Notes under the pieces: model-generated
The model's input: only the letters and a program-made list of their open reading frames with translations
What the model was told of the DNA's origin: nothing
Databases searched by the model: none
NCBI GenBank assembly: GCA_049581225.1
Contig: JBAURN010000139.1
Coordinates: 1 to 62,179 of the forward strand
Direction: 5' to 3'
DNA: 62,179 nucleotides
Source: Solirubrobacteraceae bacterium
GTDB taxonomy: Bacteria; Actinomycetota; Thermoleophilia; Solirubrobacterales; Solirubrobacteraceae
In this document: one piece after another, positions 8,105 through 17,018 of the stretch
Position numbering within the stretch: position 1 is the first letter of the stretch
How the letters are laid out: each line of letters opens with the position of its first letter
Made by a program: the position numbers and the translations under genes

Positions 8105-10675
8105 TCATCCCCGTTGGTCGATAACCCCGAGCAGCTCGGTGATCTCGTCGGGTCGGGGTTTGCCCCCGAACCACGAGTACGTTGGCTTGGGCAGGTCGTC
8201 CCAGGCGAGCATGGCCGGTGTCTGTCCCGTTCCCAGCCTCCATGCGCGCCCGATCGCTCCTGCGGGCGCCTCCCGCTCTACAGCAAACCACGGCGCGCAC
8301 CAGGCGCCGATGACCTGCCGGCCATTGGAGTCGCGCCCTCGGACATAAGCCGGCCCATGATCTCCTGAGAGGGCAAGCGCGAGGATGAGCCGCGGCTCTG
8401 CGACTCCGTCGAGCGGGTCTTCCAGCTCGATGATCACTTCGTCGGTGACGGTTGCTTTGAGGCTGTGCTCGTCGTCGAGCAGGCGTGTCGCCCGAGCAGC
8501 ACCTGCGAGCGGGTGCAGGGTCTCCTCGACTGCGTCGCTGGCGGCGCGAATGCCCGCGGCGCCTGAGAGGCGCTCGGGCAGATCGCCGGCGAGCAATGCG
8601 ATTTGCTCCGCTGACGCGTCAACCAAGAGGTCGGCGATAGCGCGACCTGTCCTCACGTAACGCATGGTGTGCTCGTCCTGCCGCGAGACACGTTCGACAT
8701 CGGTGCGCAGCAGCCCCAGGCCGACGGCAGCAATGCTTGCTGCCGCTGCTCGCTCATGTTCGTTGGGCTCGTCGCCCGCACTGCCCAGGGCACGAAGCGC
8801 TTCGGCGAGGATCTCTGGCCAGTTCTCGTCCGTCCAGAGATCAGAGGCCACGGCGTGCAGGACGCTTCGTGCGGCGAGCGTGCGCACGACCATCGGATAT
8901 TCCGGTGCGCGGGCGACGAGCCGCTCAAGGAAGCGTCGGTAGCGATCACGCTCGGCCTCTGTTGATCGGCGCAGCTGCTCGGTGAGTGTCGGCTCGCGTT
9001 CGTCTTCTGCCTGATCGTGGGTGTCGGAGTCTTCGTCGTCGCTATCGAGCGTGCCTACCGTGTCGTCGAGTGTGCCGCCGACGCCCGGCAGCGCGGGCAG
9101 CACGAGCGCGAACTCGGTGGCGCGCTGGCCGAGCACCGGATCGCATGCTGCGAGATAGTCCTCCAGCGAAATGCCAGGTGCGGGCCGCGCAGTGGGTGTA
9201 TCTGCGTCGTCCCGTGCTTTCTCGCCGCCATCGGGTGGGCTCGCTGGGGCGATGTTGGCGGCTACTCGCAGCAGGTGTGGGCGAAGCTCGTCGAGGTCGG
9301 CGAGTAGCTGGTTGCCGAGGCCGAGGCGAGCGATCTCCGCCGGGGTCGCGCGAGCTTTCCCGATTGCCTTGACGTGTGGGCGGCGTACACGGTCCAGATC
9401 GGCGACGAACACGCTGTTGGAGCTCATCTCGTCGCCGAGGAGGACGCGCACAGCGCCACCGGTAGGGGCAGCGGCCGGATCGACCTCGTAGTGATCACTC
9501 CCAGCAGGAAGGGTCGCGCTGCGTCGCCACTGGTCGGCTGTGACGTCGTAGCGCTCCAGTGCCGCGTTGATCGTGAGCGGCTTGTGCAGCAGTAGGGCAA
9601 CCACGCCATTGCGCAGGGTCGCCGACAGCAGCACTACCGCGGGCGTCCATGCCTCGTCGGGCGTCGACGTCCGAGACAGCTTCGCGATGCCCTCCGGCGG
9701 GGGCTCTCCCTCGGCGGGGGTGAGATCATTGTCCGAGGGACCGAGAAGCGCGAGCTCGCAGTTGCCACCCTGCGCTACGGTCCGCAGCAGCGCGGGGGCC
9801 GAGAGGTTCGGGCTCCCGGTCAGCGTCCAGATCGTCTCGCCCCGGCGCCACTGGATCAGCTTGCCATGCCAGTAGCGCTCATCAGCGACGACCTTGCCAT
9901 TGGTGGTCGCCTGTCGCGCGATCCACGCCAGGCGTCCACCACGCGCGTCGGCGAACTCAGCAAGGGCAGGCCCGTCAACATCGGTATCCGGTTGCACAAA
10001 TACCGTCCACGCATCGGGCTGGAGCCGGTCAAGCAGCGCGCGTGTGCCGGCGAGCGCGGTGTCGTGAAACGGGGCATAGAGAACGAATTCCTCGACTGGG
10101 CCTTCCGGTAGCTGATCGGCGATCGGCCGGTGCAAGGAGTGCACCAACTCCGGCCCGGGGTCGTCGGCGGGAAGCTCATCAAGGCGCTCGGCCACCCGGA
10201 CCATCGCCTCGGGAGCGCCAGGGCTGAGAGCAATCGGGGAGCTCGCGAGATCGCGCAGGAACATGGCGACCTGCCGGATCGTCTCTGGGCCGCCGTCCTC
10301 GTCGGCGCGCAGCACCGTCCAGATCTCGGCGTTGGCGTTCCAGCCGGCGATCGTGAGATTCCCCGAGCCGATCGCGATTCGCGCCTGACCGTCGCCGACG
10401 ATCACGAAGAGCTTTGGGTGAAAGGCGCCGCGAGGGCACAGCGCTCGAGCATCGAGGTACTGGGTGCCGGCGCGGCGAACCACTATCGGGTCGGCGTGCA
10501 CCATCGTCGCGTCGGAGATCACGGTCACAAGAGCACCGAGGGCGCGGGCGTCGGCAAGCGCGAAACGCTCGAAATACTCAAGCGCCGAGGTGTAGGTGAG
10601 TATCAGGACCTCACGCGCGCCCTCCACCTCGTCCAAGAGCGTGCGAGGAGAACGAGCATCAGCCGAGACGGGCAC
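8105..10675 (-). CDS. Large protein with two phospholipase D/nuclease (HxK) domains and a helical C-terminus
   Basis: FHPKL...GSGNLT...NAE and WHGKL...GSPNLS...NCE; likely GTG start at 10675 with GAGGAG RBS, overlapping the upstream gene. Confidence 0.8.
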   Translation of the reverse strand: MPVSADARSPRTLLDEVEGAREVLILTYTSALEYFERFALADARALGALVTVISDATMVHADPIVVRRAGTQYLDARALCPRGAFHPKLFVIVGDGQARIAIGSGNLTIAGWNANAEIWTVLRADEDGGPETIRQVAMFLRDLASSPIALSPGAPEAMVRVAERLDELPADDPGPELVHSLHRPIADQLPEGPVEEFVLYAPFHDTALAGTRALLDRLQPDAWTVFVQPDTDVDGPALAEFADARGGRLAWIARQATTNGKVVADERYWHGKLIQWRRGETIWTLTGSPNLSAPALLRTVAQGGNCELALLGPSDNDLTPAEGEPPPEGIAKLSRTSTPDEAWTPAVVLLSATLRNGVVALLLHKPLTINAALERYDVTADQWRRSATLPAGSDHYEVDPAAAPTGGAVRVLLGDEMSSNSVFVADLDRVRRPHVKAIGKARATPAEIARLGLGNQLLADLDELRPHLLRVAANIAPASPPDGGEKARDDADTPTARPAPGISLEDYLAACDPVLGQRATEFALVLPALPGVGGTLDDTVGTLDSDDEDSDTHDQAEDEREPTLTEQLRRSTEAERDRYRRFLERLVARAPEYPMVVRTLAARSVLHAVASDLWTDENWPEILAEALRALGSAGDEPNEHERAAAASIAAVGLGLLRTDVERVSRQDEHTMRYVRTGRAIADLLVDASAEQIALLAGDLPERLSGAAGIRAASDAVEETLHPLAGAARATRLLDDEHSLKATVTDEVIIELEDPLDGVAEPRLILALALSGDHGPAYVRGRDSNGRQVIGAWCAPWFAVEREAPAGAIGRAWRLGTGQTPAMLAWDDLPKPTYSWFGGKPRPDEITELLGVIDQRG

Positions 10676-12131
10676 GCAGCTCCTCACCCAGTTCACTTGG
10701 CAGATACCGGCCGGCGTTGTCGATCGTGAGTACGCCGAGACCGGCAAGGACAGACGAGAGCGTGTCGGTGCGCAGCGCGACGTTGCCTGCGCCCTCGTCC
10801 CCCCAGACGCTCAGGATGCCGTCGCGGTCACGCAGGCGTGTCGGGACGAACGGTCGACCGCTGCGGGTGAGGTACATCTTCGACAGCGCGACGCGCTTGG
10901 CTCGGCGTACGAGGACGACGGCGAGATCGCGGGCCAGCCCACGTACCATGCGCTCGCGCCCGCCGTCCAACAGCTCGGCTACCCAGCGCGGCCCGAGGTC
11001 GGTACGGTCGGTGCCGACGAACGCCTTGAGTGTCTGCCCTTCGAGATCGTTGAGGCGCCCAGCGCCGAGCGCCAACTGGCGGATCGCGTTCATGGTGCTC
11101 CAGGCCTCGTCAGCGATCTGCGCCTCGGTCGGGAGGATCACGTCACCCTCCATACGCGCGGGTAGACCCGCGATCAACTCGCCAACACTGATGTCGTCCA
11201 AGCTATGGGCGAGATGGTCGCCGAGGTCCTCCGCGGTCATCGGATTCATGTTGAGCTGCTGGGCGAGCCACCGCCATAGGGCGCGCCACGCGCCGACCGA
11301 GTAGTTGCGAAGCGCCGCCGCGCGCCACATCGAGGCGACCATCGCCCGCTGATCCTCCGTGGGGTCGCTGAGCGGGTCGCCGAACGCCCATCGCTCCCGG
11401 AACGCTCGCACCGGGTCCGACGAGGGCCGCTCGTGCAGCGTCTCGAGCAGCAGCAGGCAGGTGAGCTGGCGGTTGCGGTCATCCGGCCAACCCTCCTCGA
11501 CATCCTCAACGAGAATCCGCCGAAGCCAGCGGCCATCCGCAGCGTCGGCGGCCTCGCACAGGCACAAATGGCCCGCGGCCCGCAGCTCCTCGCCGGCCAG
11601 CGTGTCGCGGCTGGCCAGGTCGAGCAGTTCGCCCAGCCCCTCCCGCAGCGCGGGAAAATCAGCACGCGGTCCACGTCGCGGCGGCGTGTGCGACGACAGC
11701 GCGCCGATCCGCACACACGGCCCCTGATAGACGCCCGCGAACCCGCGCTCACTCAACCCACCGAGTTGCGCTGCACTCGCGACATCAAACCGTTCGCCAT
11801 CCAGGAACCGCGCCACGCGATCCTCGCCGTGAGCGGAGCTGAGCTCGATCCGGTGATGCTCATGGAAGTGGTGAACCGCACAGATAACCACCTCGCAGCG
11901 GCGCACGAGCTCCTTCGCGGCTTGCTCATCAAGACCCCGCTCCCCAGCCTCCGCCCACGCGAGCGCGTGAACGCAGTACATACGTGCGTGCCGAGTGGTC
12001 GTAATCACGCCCGGTAGCAGCTGATCGACGATCCGCGATACCGAAGTCTCTACCCGCAGCGGATAGCGGCCGGCCGACTCCTCCAAGCCAAAACCAGTCC
12101 ACGCCGGTCCCTCCACCTGCTCCAGAGCCAC
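10659..12131 (-). CDS. Uncharacterised 490 aa protein with DUF6361-like N-terminus
   Basis: YPLRVE...DQLLPGVITTTRHARMY resembles the DPLG...LxPGxxTxTxRARY start of DUF6361-type proteins (from recall); coupled to the PLD gene. Confidence 0.6.
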   Translation of the reverse strand: MALEQVEGPAWTGFGLEESAGRYPLRVETSVSRIVDQLLPGVITTTRHARMYCVHALAWAEAGERGLDEQAAKELVRRCEVVICAVHHFHEHHRIELSSAHGEDRVARFLDGERFDVASAAQLGGLSERGFAGVYQGPCVRIGALSSHTPPRRGPRADFPALREGLGELLDLASRDTLAGEELRAAGHLCLCEAADAADGRWLRRILVEDVEEGWPDDRNRQLTCLLLLETLHERPSSDPVRAFRERWAFGDPLSDPTEDQRAMVASMWRAAALRNYSVGAWRALWRWLAQQLNMNPMTAEDLGDHLAHSLDDISVGELIAGLPARMEGDVILPTEAQIADEAWSTMNAIRQLALGAGRLNDLEGQTLKAFVGTDRTDLGPRWVAELLDGGRERMVRGLARDLAVVLVRRAKRVALSKMYLTRSGRPFVPTRLRDRDGILSVWGDEGAGNVALRTDTLSSVLAGLGVLTIDNAGRYLPSELGEELRARLG

Positions 12132-12412
12132 CGTCGAAACCTACCGAAGGCCTCCGCACTCTCGCCTGTCTCACGGAGTCCGATGGATCAGGCGGCGGGG
12201 TGTGCGCTGAACCAGTGCGAGCACGGCCGTCCAGCGACGAACTTTGCTTTCCGCGTAAAGCATGGTGCTTGTCATGTGCCGCGGGGATGCTCGTCTGGGC
12301 GCCGAGCAGGAGCGGGCGGCGCGGATGTCGCGCTCGAGCCGCCCGGTCCGTCTCCCGGGAGAGTTCACCGACGGGCTCAGTCGCGTGTCTACCATCGACC
12401 GACGGCGGCTAC

Positions 12413-12610
12413 CAGCGCGCGCCGGCGAACGCTTCGGGCATCCGCCACGTCGCGTTCGCCGTCGACGACATCGACGCTGTCCTCGCTTGCCTCCGAGCCC
12501 GCGGCGCAGAGCTAGTCGGCGAACTGGGGCTCTACCAGGACAGCTACAGACTCTGCTATGTCCGCGGTCCCGAGGGGATCATCGTCGAGTTGGCGGAGCA
12601 GATTGACTGA
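12413..12610 (+). pseudogene. VOC/glyoxalase family C-terminal fragment
   Basis: APANASGIRHVAFAVDDIDAV...YRLCYVRGPEGIIVELAEQI; N-terminal half absent. Confidence 0.7.
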
Positions 12611-12881
12611 CCGGTCCGCCAGCCGCCAGCCGCCTCGCCAGCGTTGGGAGGACCCCCGGGACGGGATACCATCAGGCACACGCTTCGGCGAGTTCCGGAC
12701 GTGAGTTGCGCGCGGCCCGCAAAGCGTGGCTATCGATGCGCCGAACCGATCGACCTGCTTGTCGCCAAGAGCAGGTCTGTCATACGCAACCCGGCGGTCG
12801 GCTCTCGCTGGAAGTCGCGGGCGCTGCTACTGCCAACATCGGACGGGAGGACTGGCGGTGGTGGATGAGTACCGCCTACCC

Positions 12882-14231
12882 CTACCGCTGCTCGGCTGAC
12901 TCTTCGGCCTGCTCCTCGCCGAGTGTCCAAGCGTGGCCTTCGACGAGTGCCTTGAGCTTTGCGCGCTCTTCGGGGCTGCGGCGCATCATGTGCGCGTAGA
13001 CGCGGAGCGTGAACGCGGGGTCGGTGTGTCCGAGCTGGTGCATGACGTAGGTGGGGTCTTTGCCGATCGAGAACAGCACAGAGGCGAAGGTGTGTCTGAG
13101 CTTGTGAGGGGTGATGCCGTTAGGAAGTGGCTGGCCGCCCCGCTGTGCGAGGAGTTCTTCTGCCTTGACGACGACTGGGGCGACGACGCGTTGGCGGAGG
13201 TTGTGGCGGTCGCGAGCGTTGCCGTGGCGGGTGGTGAGGATCGGGTCGTCGGGGGCGGTGGCGTTGGTGGCCTTGTGCTCGGTCAGGATCTCGCGCAGCA
13301 AAGGGAGCATGTCGATCTCGCGGACGCCGGCTTCTGTCTTGTCGCGGCCGACCTCGATCCGGCCGTTCGCGAGGTCCTGGTCGCGGCCGAGGAGCGCTCC
13401 CGCGGCCGACGCTCGGGGACCGCCGAGCATCAATAGCGCGATCGCTGCGCGGCGTCCCTTGGTTCTGGATTTCGAGTCGCGGTCGAGTTCGCTGGCGGCC
13501 TCGAGCATGACTGCGATGTGCTCGGCGCTGTCCAGGTAGACGGGACGGGGTTTTGTGACCTTCAGCCGCCTGCGCTTGCCCTTCGCGGGGTTGCTCGGTA
13601 TGAGTTGGTGGTCGGCAGCGACATCGAGGATCTGGGCGAGCAGGAAGAGATGCATGTTGATCGACCGGTTCGACAGCGGCCGCTCATTGCGCTGGTAGCT
13701 GCGGCCGCGCCGGTCGATGACCATGACTGTCCGTGTCTTGCCTTCCTCGGCGGCTGCCGTCAGGCGCGCTGCCTCGTGGACCTTCTCCTGGCGGTAGCGG
13801 TCGACCTCGCTGATTGTGATCTGGAAGAGCGTGTGCTCGGCGAAGAACGGCAGCAGGTGTTTGGTGAGATCGTTGCGGTAGCTGCGGGCTGTGTTTGCCG
13901 CGAGTTCGGGCTGCTTGGTGGCGAACCACTCGGACGCGAACTCGTGAAACAGGGGATCGTTCTCCGTCTTCGCGGGTTCTGGCCGGTTGGGTTTCCAGAC
14001 GCCGAGGTCGATGTCGCGCAGCACGATCTGTAGTTCGCGTTCAGCCTGGCGTAGGGTCCATCCGTCCTCGGGATGTCCGAGGGTGATGTACTCGCGTTTG
14101 CCGTAGGCCCAGACCCGCAGCGCGAAGCTGCGCTGCGTCTTGCCGGGCTTCAGCACCTGCCCGGTCGCCGGTCTTCCCGTCCGCCGGACATGGCCGCCGC
14201 CAGGTGGAGTCTTGGCAACTCGAGCGGGCAT
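12882..14231 (-). CDS. int: Tyrosine recombinase/integrase, apparently intact
   Basis: Catalytic set R (GPRAS), K (DKTEAG), HKLRH, LGH, VY; FHEFASEWF...TARSY core-binding region; N-terminal arm-like domain. Confidence 0.93.
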   Translation of the reverse strand: MPARVAKTPPGGGHVRRTGRPATGQVLKPGKTQRSFALRVWAYGKREYITLGHPEDGWTLRQAERELQIVLRDIDLGVWKPNRPEPAKTENDPLFHEFASEWFATKQPELAANTARSYRNDLTKHLLPFFAEHTLFQITISEVDRYRQEKVHEAARLTAAAEEGKTRTVMVIDRRGRSYQRNERPLSNRSINMHLFLLAQILDVAADHQLIPSNPAKGKRRRLKVTKPRPVYLDSAEHIAVMLEAASELDRDSKSRTKGRRAAIALLMLGGPRASAAGALLGRDQDLANGRIEVGRDKTEAGVREIDMLPLLREILTEHKATNATAPDDPILTTRHGNARDRHNLRQRVVAPVVVKAEELLAQRGGQPLPNGITPHKLRHTFASVLFSIGKDPTYVMHQLGHTDPAFTLRVYAHMMRRSPEERAKLKALVEGHAWTLGEEQAEESAEQR

Positions 14232-14291
14232 GGCGGTCAGTATGCAGCGCCTCGTGCTCGCCGTGATGAGTTCCCGAGAAGGGTGGCTGCT

Positions 14292-14831
14292 CTACGCATC
14301 GCGACCCCGGATTGGCAGTAGCTTCACGCTGGTTGACGTGCGCCTTGTGTGCTGGCGCCGCTGCGGCCGGGCTCGCGCAGGCGCTGGTATGGGTTGGCTC
14401 AGCTGTGCGGCGGCCTGTAGGTATTCGTCCACGCGCGATGGCCAGAACGCCAGTCGGGGTCTCGATCCTGCCCCGAGCCTGACCGCGCCGAGCTCGCCGG
14501 CGTGTTCGTAGACCCACCAGCGCGAGCGGCCTGCTCGCCGCGCGATCTCGCTCGCGTCTACCAGCGCCTCGGGCTGCTCGATATGCGGATCGCCGAGTCG
14601 TGCATAGAGCTGCTCGCTGGTCACTTCGAGCCGGTCGGCGATCAGCTCGACCAGCAGCGGGGCCAGCCTGTCGATGAGCAGCGGGGCGAGCTTGTCGGCG
14701 AGTCGTTGGGCCAATTCGTCGAGCAACTGCTGGTCGACCAGGCCAGGCCGGTTGCTCTGCCCAGGCTGCGAACTCTTCTCGGATTTGGTGTGGCGGTTGC
14801 GGTACTCGGAGATGTCAGACGTTCCGCGCAT
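14292..14831 (-). CDS. HTH protein, putative excisionase/recombination directionality factor (copy 1)
   Basis: LVDASEIARRAGRSRWWVYEHAGELGAVRLG..RPRLAF; directly upstream of int. Confidence 0.65.
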   Translation of the reverse strand: MRGTSDISEYRNRHTKSEKSSQPGQSNRPGLVDQQLLDELAQRLADKLAPLLIDRLAPLLVELIADRLEVTSEQLYARLGDPHIEQPEALVDASEIARRAGRSRWWVYEHAGELGAVRLGAGSRPRLAFWPSRVDEYLQAAAQLSQPIPAPARARPQRRQHTRRTSTSVKLLPIRGRDA

Positions 14832-14920
14832 GATCAGATGTTGGGAGGCGATGGTCGCTTGCCTTCTAATCGCCCCCGCAAACGCGAATCGGGCGTCACA
14901 CTGATCGCTTTGGTGTCGGC

Positions 14921-15352
14921 TCAGTTAGCTGGACGTGTGTCGAGCTCTGTCCGGAGCTCGAGGCCGGGGCAGCCGTCGAAGACCGCGTCGTGAGCTACCA
15001 GCGGGATGCGCCAGCGGATCGCTGTTGCCGCGATCCACAGGTCGGCGTTGTGGCCTCGCTGGTGCAGACCGTGCCCAATCTGCCGACATTCGTTTCGCAG
15101 TCGGGCGACGGCCTCGATCGTGTCGATATCAACCGGCAGAACACGTGCACGTGCGATCAGGCGAGAGAGGCGCTCAACTCGGGTGGAGCCCCAACCGGCG
15201 CTGAGCGCGCCATAACGAGCCTCGGCGACCGTCTGGGGAGCGACTGCGATGCGCTGCCCGAACAGGTGCTTCGCATAGCTTGTGGCGAGCGGTGAGCGCT
15301 CCCGCAGGCGGGCGGTGAAGACGTTCGTGTCGACGAGAACGGTTGCGATCAC
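14921..15352 (-). CDS. vapC: PIN-domain (VapC-like) toxin
   Basis: VLVDTNV, TVAEA, NADLWIAATA, LVAHDAVF; GTG start overlaps the antitoxin stop (GTGA). Confidence 0.85.
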   Translation of the reverse strand: MIATVLVDTNVFTARLRERSPLATSYAKHLFGQRIAVAPQTVAEARYGALSAGWGSTRVERLSRLIARARVLPVDIDTIEAVARLRNECRQIGHGLHQRGHNADLWIAATAIRWRIPLVAHDAVFDGCPGLELRTELDTRPAN

Positions 15353-15531
15353 TCGTCGAGCGCCGCCACGAACACATCCCACTCCTCGTCGGTCACGTCG
15401 GGGATGTCGAAGTGCTCGTCCGCCTCAAGTGGCGCGACATCGGCCATCAGTTCCTCCAGCGAAGGAGGAGTCCAGAACTGGGCGTTCGCCCGCTCGATGT
15501 GATCGTTGGTCGCGGCTGGCTCTGGCATCAC
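15349..15531 (-). CDS. Putative acidic antitoxin (~60 aa)
   Basis: GGAGG RBS; acidic C-terminus DIPDVTDEEWDVFVAALDE; 4-nt overlap with the PIN gene. Confidence 0.7.
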   Translation of the reverse strand: MMPEPAATNDHIERANAQFWTPPSLEELMADVAPLEADEHFDIPDVTDEEWDVFVAALDE

Positions 15532-15603
15532 ATGACCTCCGAGACCAAGTTTACGCGGTCCTGGCGACACAAACGCGGTCCGGTTCAACTTTTTCGCTGT
15601 CGC

Positions 15604-16005
15604 TCAGGGATCTTCCGGGATCTCGCCGAGTAGCCTTCTCACGGCATCGGTCTTCTCTGGTTGTCTGTTGCGTCGTGGCTTGGCGTAGTACGGCACAGGC
15701 ATCGGCAGCGGTGGGGGATCGGCGACGCTCTGGTCGAGGTACTGACGAACTCGAGCGGGATGGAAGCCAAGCCGGGGCGTTGATCCAGTGCCCAGCGGCA
15801 CGGCGCCGAGATCGCCCGCGTGGTCGTAGACCCACCGGCGTGTCATGCCGGTCATGCGCGCCACCTCGCGCGCGCTGATAAGCCCCTCCGGTCGCCCGGA
15901 CGTCGCCCCGAGGTGCGGCGCCAAGCGCTCGAGAATCCGGTTCGCCAGCCGGTCGGCAAGCCGATCCAAGAACTCCTCGTCGTCCGCGAGCGCGCCCAGC
16001 GTCAC
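15604..16005 (-). CDS. HTH protein, putative excisionase/RDF (copy 2, paralog of 14292-14831)
   Basis: LISAREVARMTGMTRRWVYDHAGDLGAVPLG..TPRLGF. Confidence 0.65.
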   Translation of the reverse strand: MTLGALADDEEFLDRLADRLANRILERLAPHLGATSGRPEGLISAREVARMTGMTRRWVYDHAGDLGAVPLGTGSTPRLGFHPARVRQYLDQSVADPPPLPMPVPYYAKPRRNRQPEKTDAVRRLLGEIPEDP

Positions 16006-16361
16006 GGCTCGCGCGTGGCCGACAGGTTAGCTGGGCTGCTCCGGACAGTCACGCTGGGCCGCGCTGTATTTGCGGTTGTCGAAGTTGGACCACTCGGCCC
16101 GATCGTTTCAGTTGTCATTGAGAGTGCCTATCCGCCAAGTGGCGAACGCGCGGGTGCGCATTGGGCGCCGATCGAAGGACCGACCGTGGCCGACGCCGCT
16201 CCCCCTTGGTCGTGCGAGGCCGGCCCGCAGGGGGCGCTGCCATGCAGGCAGTGGCGTGCGATCGGTGGGCGAGTACATTGCGTGCCGGCTCCCGCGAAAT
16301 CAGCGTGGGCGTCTACTTTGTTTGCATCCTGGCGGGGTGTCCACCTGCGGGCCTCGTTCCG

Positions 16362-16874
16362 TCACGTTGACTCACGCACGGGCCGCTCATCGACGGCCTG
16401 CGCTCGGAGTTCGGCTGCACGGGAGATACGGAGGTCACCGGCAAGCGCACGTAGAAGGCCCTGCCGACGGCGGTCAAGGGCTCGGAAGTCGCCGAGCAGT
16501 GCCTGCTCGCCCGAGTCCGTTCCATCGTCGGTCGGCGGCGGCGCGACGATGCGTGCCCACGCCACCGCAACCGCATCGAGCTCGCCAGCGCTGGGAACAC
16601 CCACCTCGCCTGCACGCTCGCGGACGCGATCCTCCAGTTCGCGGCCCGTCAGACGACAGTCGGCGAGCCAGTTCAACACGCTCGCATCCAGGTTGTAGTA
16701 ACGCGCTAGCGCGTCGAGGGTGACCTCGCGCGGCCTGTTCACGAGGCCCGCTTCTAGTCGACGGATGGTGCTTCCGGCCATTCCCAGAGCTGCACCTGCT
16801 GCCTCGGGGCTCTCTCCGGTGAGGCAGCGGCCTTCTCGTAGCACTGCGCCGAGCAGCTCGGACGACATCGTCAT
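16362..16874 (-). CDS. XRE-family HTH transcriptional regulator
   Basis: LGAVLREGR...SPEAAGAALGMAGSTIRRLEAG...PREVTLDALARYY; divergent from the drmE operon. Confidence 0.75.
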   Translation of the reverse strand: MTMSSELLGAVLREGRCLTGESPEAAGAALGMAGSTIRRLEAGLVNRPREVTLDALARYYNLDASVLNWLADCRLTGRELEDRVRERAGEVGVPSAGELDAVAVAWARIVAPPPTDDGTDSGEQALLGDFRALDRRRQGLLRALAGDLRISRAAELRAQAVDERPVREST

Positions 16875-16887
16875 CGACGAACATCAT

Positions 16888-17018
16888 TGACCATCTACAT
16901 ATGCAAACGCAAGGTCAGCGAAAATATCCTCTGCAAACACACCATGCAAAAGTTTCTATACATTTTAAATCTAAGCATTTGCATAGCTTGTTTCCCAGGA
17001 CGGCGTATCGTCCCCCGC
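16888..17018. promoter_or_regulatory. AT-rich divergent promoter region with TGCAAA repeats
   Basis: TGCAAA at 16902, 16932 and 16945, inverted TTTGCA at 16978; TATCGT 7 nt before ATG 17019. Confidence 0.6.

Noticed and set aside
16887..17018. N-terminal 44 aa of the 888 aa ORF
   Set aside because: AT-rich promoter-like DNA; ATG 17019 is the more plausible start
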